Shown: positions 28,876 to 44,744, numbered from the stretch's first letter. The stretch is DNA of 64,000 nucleotides from Eledone cirrhosa (GCA_964016885.1 OZ024740.1:302126001-302190000), one strand, 5' to 3'. Translations and numbers: made by a program. Notes: a model not told the origin generated them from the sequence alone.

Positions 28876-30677
28876 CATATATACATATATACGTAGTGAT
28901 TATCCCATCTTAATTATTTGCGGTTACTGTAATTTTCCGTATGCTATACTTGAGAATATGTACTAGGAATACTTTTCTGAGAATATAAAACTTTTATCTT
29001 CAAAGTGAGTTAGTTCTTATTTTTCGTTACTTAACTGACTGCGTAGAAATTACATCATTATCAAGATTTTAGATTTTAGTTTTTACAACAAATACATCCC
29101 TGCGTTAATTATAATTAACTAGCTGTCTTATCGGATATAGGTTTTGTTATTCTGGAGATCCGCAGCTGAAATATTAATTAAATTATGGAGTTTAAATAAT
29201 TTCTTTTATCATAAGTGCTGGAATGAATTCCAGACAATGACGATATTGAAATTCATCTGAGCATAATACCTTACTTAAATAAATGCCAGGTAAATATTTC
29301 ACCCAGAGGCCTATGTATATATGAATTTCACATGCAAAATGTGTATGATTATAAACAGTTTGGAGTCGTATAATTATGAATTAGGCTAAGCTCTGTTGAG
29401 GAGAACTAATTAGATCTAAATGTTTCCGGATTTGTCACCGTAGATAACAAGTATTAAACTCACCAATCTTTATAATTATATTATTTGTCATTGATATTTA
29501 ATTAATACATTGTATACATCTAGACATGACACAATAGTTACCATGTAGAGTGTGTCGTTGACAGCCTTTTACGGTACTTATCAGATGGCAGACAATGATG
29601 TCTTTGCAAATTGGTATATAAACTACGTTTAAACATAAATTGCTTTAATAGTTAACATTAAAAAAAATATTTTCACTCACAGATTAACCATGTTTGTCAT
29701 CAAACACGGGATACTCTCTTCTATGATAGAGCATGGGCTATTTCATCCAATAGTGTCTCATCTCTTTAAGAATATAGTGCGATTTGTAGGACATATTGCG
29801 ATTGTTTGTAGTAGATCGAGTAACCCTTTTCGGTTCTTTTTAATACTGCTAAGATGGGGACCACAGGAAATAATTTAAGCTTTCTCTGACATTGATAATT
29901 CTGATCTAGAATGAACAAAAATATATCAGACATATATAATCATGAATGTCGAATAAGGACAAAATTCATTGAGATCAAAATTCCCAGTGCAGTTTCAGTA
30001 ATTAACGAACTTGAAGCAGGTAATTAGTTTCGGAATTATACAACATTTACAGACTTTATATATGACAATGAATTTCTTTCATTGGCAATGGGCCTTAATG
30101 ATATAATGTAATGAATAAATGGATCTCCGGCTACGTTTACGATGAGTTTTTCATGTGTTAGTTCAATGAAGCATTCTAGTTGTTAACGTAGGTGGGTGAA
30201 TATTCCACAATCACGTTTAAATTTAATGTATATTTTAGATACATGTAGCATGAGGTAGTATGGCAAGTTGGGCACGTGGAATGATAGAAACAATCCAACC
30301 GACGGCCTCCAAAACAGTCTTCGTCTATCAAATTCCACTCACAAGAATTTGTCTAACAGAAGGTAAAAGACACTTAACATGAACCGTAATATGATAGCTG
30401 CAACCTGATGATGTCCATCACACTAGAATCAGGAATTAGCACATATTTGCTTATTGTATGTCAATTGAATGTTTAGGTATCATTCCATTCTGGAGCATGT
30501 GAATAGGATTCTACTTAATGTCTAGATTGGTGTATATCTGATAGGTGTGGGTGGGTTTAGTTATACGAATGATATTAAAGGAGATTTTACAATTATCGCT
30601 ACATACACACTTACGCACAAAATACACCGTAACCACCCGAACACACACACACACGTATATATATATATATATACATA

Positions 30678-30903
<226 letters not shown>

Positions 30904-30969
30904 TATTGTTATACTTGGGGAGGGTCATATTTGCGTAATATTGCCAGAATTAATAACAGAACACACTCA

Positions 30970-31180
<211 letters not shown>

Positions 31181-31654
31181 TATTTATATATTTATATATA
31201 CATAAATGTCCAGAGCTTGGGAATAACGTATGTGTGCATCTACACGTAAATTTCATAGAATACGATGGAGACCATGAGAATTTCATCTTTTATTAATCTA
31301 ATGGAAATTCTCCTCCAATAAATACGTTATCCGTTTGAAAATATACAACAACAGAATTTGCATTAGTTATCCTATCTGCGATGTAGTTTATAAGTTGTTC
31401 TGAAGCGATTAAAGGCTGTCTTTGTAACTATTTCGATGTATCTCTAAAGACATATAGTTCTATGTCATTTTCTTCTCTTACTAAATTCATGTCCATTTAT
31501 CGATTCTCCTGGGCAAATTTTAGAATGCCACAAGTCTTTACTTCATCGACAATGGTAATATACTTATACATATATATATATATATATACATATATTTATA
31601 TATATATACATATTTATATATATATATATATATACATACACACACATATATATA

Positions 31655-31750
<96 letters not shown>

Positions 31751-32113
31751 AGTATATAAGTAGGTAGGCAGAAAGAAAATATATTTATGATGTTTGTATA
31801 TATATATATATGCCTGTGTGTTTGTTTGCATGTAGGAGGTTGTATTAGTGTGTTAGTGTAGATTTGCTTATTTTCCATGACATTAGAGATTATAAAATTT
31901 TCCTTGTATAAATTCGTATGTCTGTATTTGTAGTAGTGACGTTTGAAACTATATTCTATTTCAATAAATAAAGTCTTAACCTGAAATATATTAAGTGATT
32001 TTTCTCATAAGAAGAGCTGCACGGAATCAGGTTAATAATCACATCATGTTTGGAAATAGGAAATAAGAAACGTTTGGTATATATATATATATATAGCGAG
32101 AGAGAGACTGAGC

Positions 32114-32183
<70 letters not shown>

Positions 32184-32214
32184 CTTCTCGCGTTCTCTCT
32201 CTTTCTCTCTCTCT

Positions 32215-32291
<77 letters not shown>

Positions 32292-32838
32292 TCCTGGGGT
32301 ATACCGAATCAAATGAAAATGAGTTAAAGAAAATGATATTTCAATAACTGTGCATTACTTGCACGGGCATTGAACGCTTTAAAGTACTTAATATTTAACT
32401 ATTATACAGCACAGTATACAGTCTGTCTCTATCCAAATTTTCCCGTGGTTTTATAAAATGGTTTTGGTCTGTACATAATTGCAAATAAATTTATATATTT
32501 CCCAACAAGAAACTCAACGATTACTATTTTGAACTTCTATAATTTATATTTAACGATTAAATCATGAGTCGAACCAATATTTAAGGTCACAAAATATCCG
32601 GTTACCGACTGTATATTTTATTTCTGCTTTCAGGAAAATACTTTAATTATATTATATTACTATTACGACCAGCCCTTGGCTTTACGTTAATTACGTATGT
32701 ATGCGCATATGTTGCGGTTATCATAAACATACGAACACACACATACAAAGACACACACATATATATATATATATATGTAATTGTGTGTATATATGTATAT
32801 ATATATTTATGTGTGTGTGTGTATGTACGTATATATCT

Positions 32839-32908
<70 letters not shown>

Positions 32909-35900
32909 GGGGGGGTGTATATATATATCTTTATATATATGTGTGTGTGTGCGTGTTTGTGTGTGTAGATATATAAATGTATTAATGAAATTATGCATTA
33001 TAGAAATTTATTTTTTATCCCATAGAACATACGCTTAAACGAATATATCAAATGTATGCTACTGCAATTTTTAGTTACTTTCGCTTGGCCCACATGAACA
33101 TCAGTTAAACGAGATATTTCATCAATTATATTGCAAAACTACTCAAAGTACCGCATTAATTCTATTTTATCTCTATGCAATAAACAGATGGAACATATGG
33201 AATATTTACTTGAAGTACTTTCGTCGAATCTATTGGTGTTTAGTTGATAATTCAATAATTCAAATCAACTCCTATTCCACTACATGAACGTGTGTTACTT
33301 ACCACAACATGTATAGCATTTAGCGGGAAGTATATATTAATTGTCCACAGATGAAGGTTGAAATGTAGCGAATATTTGATTCACCATAAAAGAATCTTAG
33401 AAAATTAGTGAAAATAATTTCAGAAAGATCTATTTAAGTACATCGGGACGTATACATGTAATTTAGGTGGTGTATAGCAGAAAACGGAACATAAACACCT
33501 GCTGTACAAAGCGAACTGTCATATCGATTATAATACACATATGCTATACGTATTTTCAGGTCAGTGATGTGTGAGGTATTATACACTCAGTTAGTTGATA
33601 TCTTAAAATTCCTTCACGGTCTATACTTCTTTGGGGCATTTTACTAATACGAAAACGTCTATCCACATGAATTCCTGTCCTGCAACATAATTAATAAATT
33701 CTGAAAACTATAAACACTTGTTCAAAATATTCATCAATACTTGGGTTATAACAGAAAGAAAGGAATAACGATGATTTCGTATATTCGCTCTATGATTTAT
33801 AAATATTTCACGTCTATGACAAAAGGAAAAGTTTTACAGCTACATAAAGCCTTGTTTTTCGGGTTTTCTAATCTCTGAGTTCAAGTCCTGCCAAATTCAA
33901 CATTTCGATGCACAGCAAGAAGAAATTTTAATACTACATTGCATACACGCAGGTATCTCTGAACAAATATATATGCTTCTGGCACAATTAATCAATAAAG
34001 TAACAAAACATTCTCATGTACTTTGATAGATTATATTCCATAATTTTGTTGAAATTTATCGATCTTTATGATATATACTTGTATTATTGGATTTGAAAAT
34101 GTGGCCTTGTTTTCACGTCACACCAGCAGTCGTATACATATATCAAAAACACATAACTATAATTGCATGTGTTCAGAAACAGTGTAATTGGTTTCGTTTT
34201 GAATATGAACCTGTGTTTTTGGTATCTATTTTTTAGTAGCTTGTCTACTGACATTGTAATATATTTACGTCAAGGTGAACAGAAACCACATCACTATCAC
34301 AATCTGTCTAGGAACTTAATCGAACACTACAGATATTGCTTGAAACATAGGAATAATGATTATATCCGACCTCTTCAATTATTTTTATTGTCTGTGTGTT
34401 TGTCTTCACTCGTGATGAATCAGAAATTGGTTCTAATTAAAACAGGAACACCGTGTTTGAAGTGACGCGGCGTTATACTTAGTAAATACTTTTGAATCTA
34501 TAAATTGGTTTCTGCCTCTCGTAGCTTCCTTGTTAGTAGTTGCAACAATGGGTCTTGTCAGTGGAATTAATGAGAAGGAAATACAGCGAATCTCATATCT
34601 ATCCTGATCGATGAGTCGCAATATCTACTATGTACATTTTCCGGATATCAAAAAGAAAACAAAAAATTCCAGGCGCCATTTTGATTTGAAACCTTACGAA
34701 ACCCAATAGGTAATAAGACCTTAAATCCATAAATCTATAAATCGATCTCATATTTTTGTAGGCCGGACTATACATATATAAAGACAGCATTTTCCGTTGT
34801 TGGTTTTGTTTTTGTCGTTGTTATATTTGATTTCCTTACTTTTATTTTCATTATTTCCCCCTGTCTATTTGCTCGTTCTTTAATATATATCTTTTGTATT
34901 TCTGTAATTTAGTGATCAATAACACCATAAACGCTAGGACCCTTGCTGATTTAGACTAATTTGGTCTTCTTCTGATACATTTAGAACGAGAAGAGAAGAT
35001 GCCCTGTTACCCGCTGTTCAGGCAGAACACTGTAGAAATGATTCTCCAACGAATGAAAGAGGTCGAGAATCGATTTGCATCGTGCAAGCGAACCTTTGTC
35101 AGAAATAATTGCAGTTGCTTCAATGGTTCTTTAACGTAACTGAAGAAATTGGACAGAAATAGCAACTAGATAGAGTCGGTGTAATGGTATATCAGCTTGT
35201 ATGAGAGCACAACTTACCGTCACTGTGACTGTTTGTGTGTATACTCACTTGTAAATATATCTATATATGTATATACGTAAGAATATGTCTAAAAACGTCT
35301 GTAGATATTTCTTATCAACAGTGTGTCTGCATGAACAGTGTGTCTGCTTGTATATGTTGCTGGTTCCTTGTGTGTGTATGAGTGCAGAGATTCATATGCA
35401 CACTAGAAACATTTTATAATTGCATGAATAGCTCCGTGTATGAATATATATCTAGTTATATGTATCTATATACACGGATATATGTCCGCATATGTATGTG
35501 TCGATTTAAGTGATTTTACGCTCCTAAGAATATGCAAGTAGACGTAGGCGTGTGTGAAAGACGGTACATAAATTAGAATTTTGATATAGTTTATGTATAT
35601 GCATGTAATAATAAGTAAATATATGCGTTTACTAGTATATAAAACGTGGTTGCTTGATCATGAACAAATATTCATATATTTGAATTACTTTTATGTATGT
35701 ATGAGTCTGTGTGCGGTTGTATGATTATATGTTTGGGCTTGTATATTTTTCTTTCAGTAACTGTATATTATATACATGTGTTTACGCATTTTTGTTTGTA
35801 GGCAGGCAATAGTGAAAACAATGCAAAAACATATAAAACCCACACAGTTATAACTGCATAGTTGTTATCTTTTCCGGCGAGTATCTGTGACTATGACTTC

Positions 35901-37299
35901 CCACGATTTATCAAAGTACTGAGATCGATGCCACTGATGATCAATATGAAATTTCATGTTCGAAACCTGAAGGAAGAATGTGGCATTCGTGTTTCTAAAC
36001 AGCCACACCTATGTAGAGCAAGGATTTGATAATATGCTTAATGTGTATTTTATGTAAGCAACCGAAGAAAACCTACCTGTATGCTGATTCAATTGATATA
36101 AGTATATTACTGGTACATATTAAAGCTATGTCGATTCAGAATATTCTAAATTCAGAACGTTCAAGATAATATTTGATAATAGCCATCAGATTTAAATATT
36201 GAAATTTCTTCTTGTTTATCCTTCATTGCATTTGATAAGCATCCTAATCTAATGAGAAAAATGTCTATGTGGTCAAACATTATCTTTCAATTCATATTCT
36301 ATAATTTTAAAAATAGAAAGACACGTTTAATTATGTAGTTGTGAATGTGTATTCGGTTTATGTTCATTCAAAGACTGGTTTGCACCATCAAAACAGCGTT
36401 GGACTAAACAACAACAGCATTATTTAAGTTACTATGTGTCTACATCAATAGAAATAGAAACAGACGCATTCCGCATATGGATTTTGTAACATACAAGCTA
36501 AAAACATCTAGAAATATACTAGAAAATGGATATGGAAGACTTCAGGTTTTCCTTACGTGAATCACAGAAATAGGAGGTGACCGAAACTTTTGGTTTCATT
36601 AGACGCTTATGGTTTTGCCCAACTTAACTTGGCTTCATTCTATTGCACATGTCTGAATATGCAATTATAATTCAGTATATCTGACGATTTGTGTTTTGTT
36701 TTTATCGGTGTATTGTTTCGAACCTAATATAGAAATGTTCATTAACTCTCTATTAAGACATCAAACGTAACTACGTAGAAACAAAAATGTGATTTGTGAA
36801 AAGTACAATGGAGTGAAGTATTTCATGATGACATTTGAAGAACCCAGAAACTAGACCCCCCCCCCCCCCCCCCCCCGTTGAAAACTTAACATGCTCTTTC
36901 CTGGAAATATATTCATTGTAATCACGGAAATAATCATGTACATACCGTTTTACATGACACATTCATATGATGAATTTCAATAATTGTGTTATAAAGTTAT
37001 TTGTTGCATAGGTACATGAAAAAAGGCAAATGATATGGTGGTAAATATACGATCACGAATGCAAGCGTTCTGCCCGAGATGTTGCCAGCTACAGAAAACA
37101 ATACATACATTTACTGATTATTTCGACAAACCCGAAAGCAAAATAACATTGATTTTCAGACCATAATTCCTGCAATTTACCCAGTGTAACTATTTCTGCA
37201 CACTATCATACCTTGTTTTATATTCCTGCGGAGCTACTTCTTTGCAGCTTGAAACCAGGTGGTCAATGCTCTCATCATACTCATCACAGAATCGACAAT

Positions 37300-38700
37300 T
37301 TAGGACAATTCGATTTCTTATCTTATTGGCTTGGCAGTGGCGCGTTGAAAGACACTGGTACTGTGCAGAAAAAATGAAGCCCTTAATATCTGCTTTTAGC
37401 TACTAATGGTTGGAGTTTAATCTACATCAGCTTCTTTGCTACTAAGAGCATACTGCCCATTCAGTGTTGTTTGCTCCTGTTTAGAGCACAGTCTCTGTTG
37501 ACCTTCGTGTTTTGCTAACAATTTGATGTTCTGTTTTTTTTGCAGCTTTAATTGCAGAATCTCCATCATTTTCAAAATATATTTCTAGTCGTCAGCAAAA
37601 TTTCTACATTGCTTTGTGATTGAATGTAAACTTTTCTTTCTTTCGTGATCTGAATCCATTTTTATCGTCCAATTATCTTTGGTTTTAGCTACTGATCGAG
37701 TCCAATTGTTTACATTTCGCATGACAGCTCACGCTTCATCTTTCATCTACCGCCGTTTGATTTTGGAAGATAGATACGATTCACAACTCCTTTTGGGTGT
37801 TTTGCTTTATTACAGCTCAAACGTTTCCTGATATAAGTGTCCATTCTCTTAATGTCATTAACGTTCCAATTTATCATATTGAAACGATAGGTGACAACTG
37901 GGATTGCAAGCGCATTTATAGTTAATTTCTCGAGTTAAGCTTAGTTTTCAAGACAGCACGTAATTTCCATTAGTAATACATCCTAATTATCTCTTTTATG
38001 CTGGTGCGGTGAATACCTTGGTCAGCATAAATCCTTGGATATTTGTAGGCTTGTTCCTGTTCTAGTTGCCTAATTATTTTATTTACATCTATTTTCATAG
38101 ATTGGGTGCTTGTCCTTCTGACTTTCTTAAATGTTGATTTGGCGCCTTTCTCCAATCCACACTCCATTCCTACTTCATCGCTGAACAACTTGACTGTTTT
38201 CAACAGTCCTTCAAATTCATTTTTAGCATACAGCTTCAAATCATCTTTATAAAACAGATAATATTTGCTTGTGCTGTCTACTTTTAGCCATATTCTGTTT
38301 TGTTCATCGCTAAAGACAGCGGTTTCAGGGCACTGCAAAATACAAGAAGAGAAAATGAATCACCATGAAAAATACCACAGTTAGTAATTATGCTGCTGGG
38401 ATGTATAATTCCAGAACTGTGAGGAAATGATAGGTTTGTTTTCCATAAGGACATGTATTTCAGGAAGGTTGATTTTACTGCAACGGTTTCAAATTACATT
38501 TGCGTTGAGCGCTTTTAATTTATTTCTTATGGTTAATCCAAGCAGTACTCAAACATATGTCATTGTTATGAATGTTTTCCAGAATTATAGGGTTAATCAG
38601 ATGTTGGTCTTTGCAACCGTGACACCCACGATGACACACTTCCTGCTCAATAGCAGATGATTACCATGCATTGATTTATAGGTTAACACAGTTAAGATTG
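37300..38700 (-). mobile_element. Decayed R4/Dong-like LINE, RT portion
   Basis: ORF 37970-38338 reads LFYKDDLKLYAKNE..LLKTVKLFSDEVGMECGLEK...YKY. Confidence 0.75.
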
Positions 38701-38743
38701 AGGTGAGAAATTTGATGTGTGACGGGCAGTGATAGAACGATAA

Positions 38744-38747
38744 TTCT

Positions 38748-38794
<47 letters not shown>

Positions 38795-39800
38795 TTCTTC
38801 TCAACACTGTTTTCCGTTCCAACCATCATGGCTGGAACGGAATACAGTGCACTCGGCATCAAACCTATCAAGTGCAAGTCGGAGATCACCTACTCTCGAG
38901 ATAAGTTACACCATGTCATCGGTAAATTCCAGCCCACTGCGCATGTCAATCCTGTTCATGTAAACAATGTGCAGGATAGGTGATAGTATGCACCCTTGGC
39001 AGATACAACTTCCACATTGAATGGTTTCGATTTAGCACCATTTATCAGAACACAAATACTTGGGCATTCGTATAGTGACAAGAAACTAACCACCGGGCCC
39101 ATATATCTGCAGAATATCTAAAACCATTTCCTGAGAAAAGCGGTCATATGCCTTTTTGAGGTCGACAAAACAAAATCTATCTCTTGGCAATACGACCACA
39201 ATTTCTCGAAGACCTACCGTAGTTTGAATATTTGATTGTCTGCGCTGCATCCGGGGCGAAAACGGCACTGTTTTTCCACTAGTTTGGAGTCTACAATCCC
39301 TCTGCATCTCTTTGCCAGGCACTCACCATAGACTTTACAGTGGAGGTTTAATAATGCGATCCCTCTGTAATTGGATCAATTTCTCTTGTTTCTTTTTTTT
39401 TGAAAATTGGGATTATCACTCCCGGTTGCCATATCTTACATGCCTTACCAGAGATCCCGGCCACATGGCACACACGAATCCGTCAGAGAATACCTTCTCC
39501 ATTTAAGGCTTTTATCATCTCGGGCCGGATTTCGTCTTCCCGATCAGACACGCCACATTTGAGCTATTTAACTGCTCTTGTAACTTCAGCCTCTTAAAAT
39601 TAGTCACTGCTCCCAGATGTCCCATGTGTACATCAGAAGACGCTGTTTTGCTCGGAATTTTGGTGATCAGCAAAGTATTCTCTCCACCTCGCTAGGATGC
39701 ACCTCTCCGAAGAGAGGAGAACCCCAGCGGCGTTCTTGATGGCAGGCGCGGAGGAGGGCTTCGTATTATGAAGTTGGTGGGAGGTCTGCCAGAACAGTCT
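38744..39800 (-). mobile_element. Decayed RTE-type LINE RT fragment with a (GAA)n tail
   Basis: CFVDLKKAYDR and QGCILSPIL..VYMNRI on the minus strand, with (TTC)n at 38744-38802. Confidence 0.7.
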
Positions 39801-40758
39801 GACATCATCAGAACACCTGAATTTATCCAGCGCGTTCAGCAGAAAATTGATGACAATCCCAGAAAACCATTGAGTTCACTTGCAAAAGATGTCCATGTGT
39901 GAGAAGGAACAATCAGAAATGTCACAAAGACATCAGATATAAGTCTTATGTCATGTGGAAATGATAATTTATATCAGAAAAAAAAAGAGAAAATCGATTC
40001 ATCAGATCTGCAAGGTTATTAACAAACTTAAAATCCAGCAGAATATGGTGTGATTTGGTTTTTCTCAGACGAGAAATCTTTGACCAATATCAGAAATTTA
40101 ACAAAAAAAAAATGACAGATGGTTTTTTTGCAGACCCTTCTGAAATTCAAACACTTATGCACGCAAGATTTCCTGCAACTGTCAGGGTTTGGGTCATTAT
40201 CAGCAATGGAGAACATGCGATGCCTCCTCACTTCTTTCTTCAAGGCCTTAGTGGTAACTCTGCTGCCTACATTGAGGTCCTGGAGACAGTTATTAAGCCC
40301 TGGATAGACAGTGTATATAATGGAATGACTTAGGTGCTTCCACAGGACTCAGCACCATGACACAAGGCTCAAACTACGCAGGAATAGATGGCTGAAAATG
40401 ATCATAATCACATATCCCTTAACATTTAGACTCTTAACTCCCTGAATCCAATCTGTTGGACCCCTACGTGCGAAGCCTTGTTAAGAGAGAGGTCAATGAA
40501 TCCCCCCATAACACCAAATATTCTTTGAAAGCCTTAATTAAATTAATCTTCAATATGAACCAGGACCTTTTAATTCAAGCATGTAGACGATTTCGATCTC
40601 GCATAGAAGCTGAAGATGGTTTTATTGAATAAAATTATTAGAAAGATTATTTATGTTTATGTTTACAGCATTTTTCAATAATTATATTATTACCTGTTAT
40701 TATATATCTATTTTTATATAAACATAAATCTATCCTCAAATACCTTACGCACCCTGTA
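39800..40758 (+). mobile_element. Tc1/mariner-superfamily DNA transposon fragment
   Basis: WFFSDEK, VWVIISNGEHAMPPHFF...YIEVLETVIKPWI and QDSAP motifs. The right end is ...caccctg followed by TA. Confidence 0.8.
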
Positions 40759-42350
40759 CATGATGGTTAGTACATGGTAATTCCCTAAACGCGAACACCC
40801 AGCACAATCTGCCTTTCTAAATTACTGTACTTATCGTCTATGTTATTTATCCATTCTGCATTTGCATTATGACATTTTTCTCTACTCCATGCTGTTTTCC
40901 GACATTCTTCCACTACGCGAATTCAAGGAGGTATCTTTACTTCAATTTTCTGTCCCAATTTCCCTGTAAAACATTGTTTTCATCTGACATAAACAGTTTA
41001 TTTTGCCTGTAAACCTATTTCGCTTTTCAAATTTTCAGATTCTTTGATCTTCCAGCTGTTCCTTCAGTTTCTGTATTGCTTTGCTTGATGGAATATCAGA
41101 TTTTGAAATTACATAGTATTTCATAATCACCCTCCTTCCCTTTTTTGATTTGATAGATTTCCCAAAAATATATTTTATCCAGGATTGCTATTTTTCCCCC
41201 TCATCATTTCAATTTCTTTCTCAATCTTTATCTTCCAAAGTGGTTTGTTTTTCTGTTATGCCCTTTCTATTTTGCCTTAACACACATTTCCTTTCTATTA
41301 CAGTTGATGCTACATAAATAATCTCACTCAATTCTGATATATCAGGCTCCAGCTCTCTCAATCTCAATTATTGCATTAACAGCCTGATTTCCAGTTCTTA
41401 GTTGTCTTTTGTTTTACTTATCATGTTTTGCAAGGAGTCTCTTTCACCCATATCAATAATTTACTTCCCTAGTTCATTGAAAATTTCTTGTTTTGTTTGT
41501 TCTATCTGGTATTTATGTTCATGAGTAGAAATATCCTCATCTATATTGTCAATCTGTTTCAGCTTGATCCTGCCATGTTGTGTTTCTAATACTTTCAATG
41601 TTCTGTGAATTCTCACCTGGTAACAGCATAGTTAATAACTTTCGCGGTGTCTCTTATGTCCCATATTCCTTCCCATCTCCTACTGATATTGGTATACACA
41701 AATCTTTTTCAACATTATTCTTAAATCCATTTAACTCTGCATTTTCTTGTTTCTCAGAATATCTCCTCTTACATTTCTATTTGTTTTCGTCCATGCTCGG
41801 TCTCATTTCTTTCCCTCCATACCCTGAAAGAATTAATGTATATTTTCATTTCGATGGTTTGCCCACTGAGTGATAGAATGCGTATATCACTTCATTATAC
41901 TCTCTCGAGTCCATTTGGTACGTTGAGTTGTTTGTCTTCCAGGAGGGGCTGAGATTGAATGTCTTGGTTGGGATTATTCACGTTCAAGTGACCATTCAAG
42001 TCACTATTTGGTGAAAAGCTGGTTTTAGCTGCAAACGTTTCGACCCGAGGCTGATTCCTCCCTGAAGAACTGGACCCTTTTTGACCCGGGCTATGATCGA
42101 TCAGGTATGTGGTTTTGTCTGTAGACAGTGTGGGGCTTTTTTGTTGTTTCTCTAAGATATTTTATGCCTCACCGCAAAGGGGTAATTTGTTCAAGATACC
42201 ACATTTAGGGGATTTTCCTCCTAGATTAATGAACTCGTCCTTTTCTGAGACAGTTATTCCCCACCGGGTGCCAGGTGTTTTATTACTATTAGTGGTTTCC
42301 TTAATGTTTTCTTCGTGTAAATACTTTGTGGTTAAGAAAGGAGTAATTAC
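40759..42350 (-). mobile_element. R4/Dong-like LINE 5' portion, probably continuing 37300-38700
   Basis: Minus-strand KNKPLWKIKIEKEIEMMR resembles the pre-RT PPWKRR-like motif. The orientation matches the RT fragment. Confidence 0.5.
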
Positions 42351-43081
42351 CACCAACACCAACTAACTCCATCAGCAGCACCATCATTAAAAGCTTATTA
42401 TCACCATTACGGTTGATGTTGTTACTACTCTGTAGTTTTGTTATTATCATTGCTGTTACTTTCTGATTTTGCTTTTCTTTGTCTACGCTACGAACATAGA
42501 AAAGGGATTGGCAAATAGGAGTTAACCTTATAGTGTTTTTACTTTGTCTGTGCTACCTTCCATCTCCTTCTCAGTAATTTTGATGTGCATAGGGTTTCTT
42601 GCTTTCTATGTCCGTCGGTTAAATATCAGCAACATCACACTTTAACTAGATTGATGTCTTCAATATACTATATGATATATTATATTATTTATGTTCATAC
42701 GCGGAACAAAAGCGCTATCCAAGGTTTGAAGTTCCAAATGTGACCATACCGCAAGAAAACGAGAGGCATCAAAATAGTGACCTTTCTGCAGGCGCTAATA
42801 AACACGCACTAGCGCCTAAAGAAAGATCATTATGTTGGTGCCTGTTGGTTTCTGGAGATATGGTCATATTTGGAACTTGAAAATATGATATTTCTCTTTG
42901 CTTCTCGATTGAGCACTCGTTTCCTCTTTACTTTCACATCGACGGATATTGCCACACACGCACGCACATACACACACACACATATATATATATATTATAT
43001 ATATAACGAAGAAGGTGTGGTAAGGAACTAGATGGACCATAACGCACCAGAGTACTCAATACTTAGCGTAGTAGAGTGGGT

Positions 43082-43200
43082 AATAGGAACAAGTTTAACC
43101 CCGACGGCAGAGCTGAAGCCGTTTCGACGGCTATTTCGAGTCCAGAAATAGCCGTCGAAACGGCTTCAGCTCTGCCGTCGGGGTTAAACTTTTTCCTATT
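43082..43200. repeat. Near-perfect hairpin with arms of about 55 bp
   Basis: aagtttaaccccgacggcagagctgaagccgtttcgacggctatttc-gagtcca-gaaatagccgtcgaaacggcttcagctctgccgtcggggttaaactt. Confidence 0.85.
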
Positions 43201-44226
43201 TTTCCTATATATATATATATATATATGATGGCTGTCTCCTCCTTAGCGTGTATGGCCATTGCATGATATAACATTATCAATAATTATCAATTAATGCAAT
43301 CGTGCAGTGCCTGTGCTTGAAGATTTTTGTTTTTAAGTGAGGAAAGACTGGGCATTGAGCCAATCCCACTCTTTGAGCGACAGTAGCTATAACCCAAAAA
43401 GAAGAAAAGATCAACATCATCGGTAACTATTGAGCGGCAGGTTTTATATCAGAGTTATCCCACTTTCCTGAGTTCCATCTCCCAAAAGAATGCCCTGAGA
43501 AAGGCTAGGGGTTCTTCACCCCCGGTGGTTTAACCGCGCGATCGGTTATCCATCCCGTTTATTTCTGCGTTCCCCGCGCATATATACATACATATGTATA
43601 CATGTATATACATTTATATATATACATATACATATGTAACTACATATTTACACATTTTTGGATGGCCATTGACACTTACGAGTTCTTCCGCCCTTTTTCA
43701 AGTTTTGTTTTTTGTCCTGCAGGGTGTCTAAATCTACCTTCCTCACCAGCTTTCAATCACTCACTCTCTGCTGCTCCCCCTCTCTCACTTCCTCCTGTCT
43801 GACCTGTGTGAAATCCTTTTCCGGCTCACATTTCGCAGGGTTTGGACGGACGCGTCTGCCGTCTTCTCGTCGTTGATTTGGTCGAACTTAAGTTCACATG
43901 TATCATTGACTTGTCTCTCATTTCCTCTCTTTAAGTTACATTACTACTTTTGTTTGTTTACTGTCCCTCTTTCTCCTCCCAATTCGCTCTGTCCCAATAA
44001 CTTATTTTAGTTATTGCTCGCACTGAAGAAATATCGATGATAGTCAGAAGATCCCGTGTATCGCTCTATTTTTGATCCATATGTATCACACTCGCAACAA
44101 CGAGGCACGCCATTTTTTCATATATATATATATATATATAAATAAATCGTAGAAAGCAAAAGGATTCTTTCAGTAGAAAATGTTGAAGAGATTTATTCAG
44201 TGATATATCAACACATTAATTATTTT

Positions 44227-44264
44227 ACAATACCGGTTTCGGCGTTATATGCATTGTCAATTGC
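44227..44264 (-). ncRNA. Minimal hammerhead motif, U3-A8 variant (third family)
   Basis: The minus strand reads GCAA-TTGACAA-TGC atataac GCC-GAAAC CG GTA-TTGT. Confidence 0.6.
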
Positions 44265-44696
44265 GGATATATAGAATATTGTTAAGTTGCATATTTGTAC
44301 AAATAGTGATAATAATAATTTAAAAAATGAAAATAAAATGGAGAAGAAAAATTAATTTTCAAATACACAGATGACATTTCGAACTATCAACAAATCGACG
44401 GCCACGCAAACAGGATGATGGCAGATGATATATATTGGAAGGGCACGAGTCCAGCAGAAAAAGGATTTGCTTCAAAATCACTAGACGTATCTGAGGAACT
44501 TGCGATTCTAGAGTCAGATTCGATCCACAAACATCGCACCTCGAGCTGTTTGCTAAAGAAACAATTGTAATACGTAATAAATTGTGTTCCGATACATCTC
44601 TGATTCTTCGTTTTCCATATTATTATACTTTGCTCCGAAGGAGCATAGAGTACTCAACCGGCATACCGCCTATGGACGCAACCAAACAACCTTGCT

Positions 44697-44739
<43 letters not shown>

Positions 44740-44744
<5 letters not shown>

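Noticed and set aside
34985-35139. Possible terminal coding exon (MPCYPLFRQNTVEMILQRMKEVENRF...) after a pyrimidine-rich AG
   Set aside because: It encodes only 46 aa, with no recognisable homology and no partner exons identified. RNA-seq would be needed.
44023-44060. CTGAAGA followed by a weak hairpin
   Set aside because: No GAAA core and no stem I or III closure, so it is not called a hammerhead.
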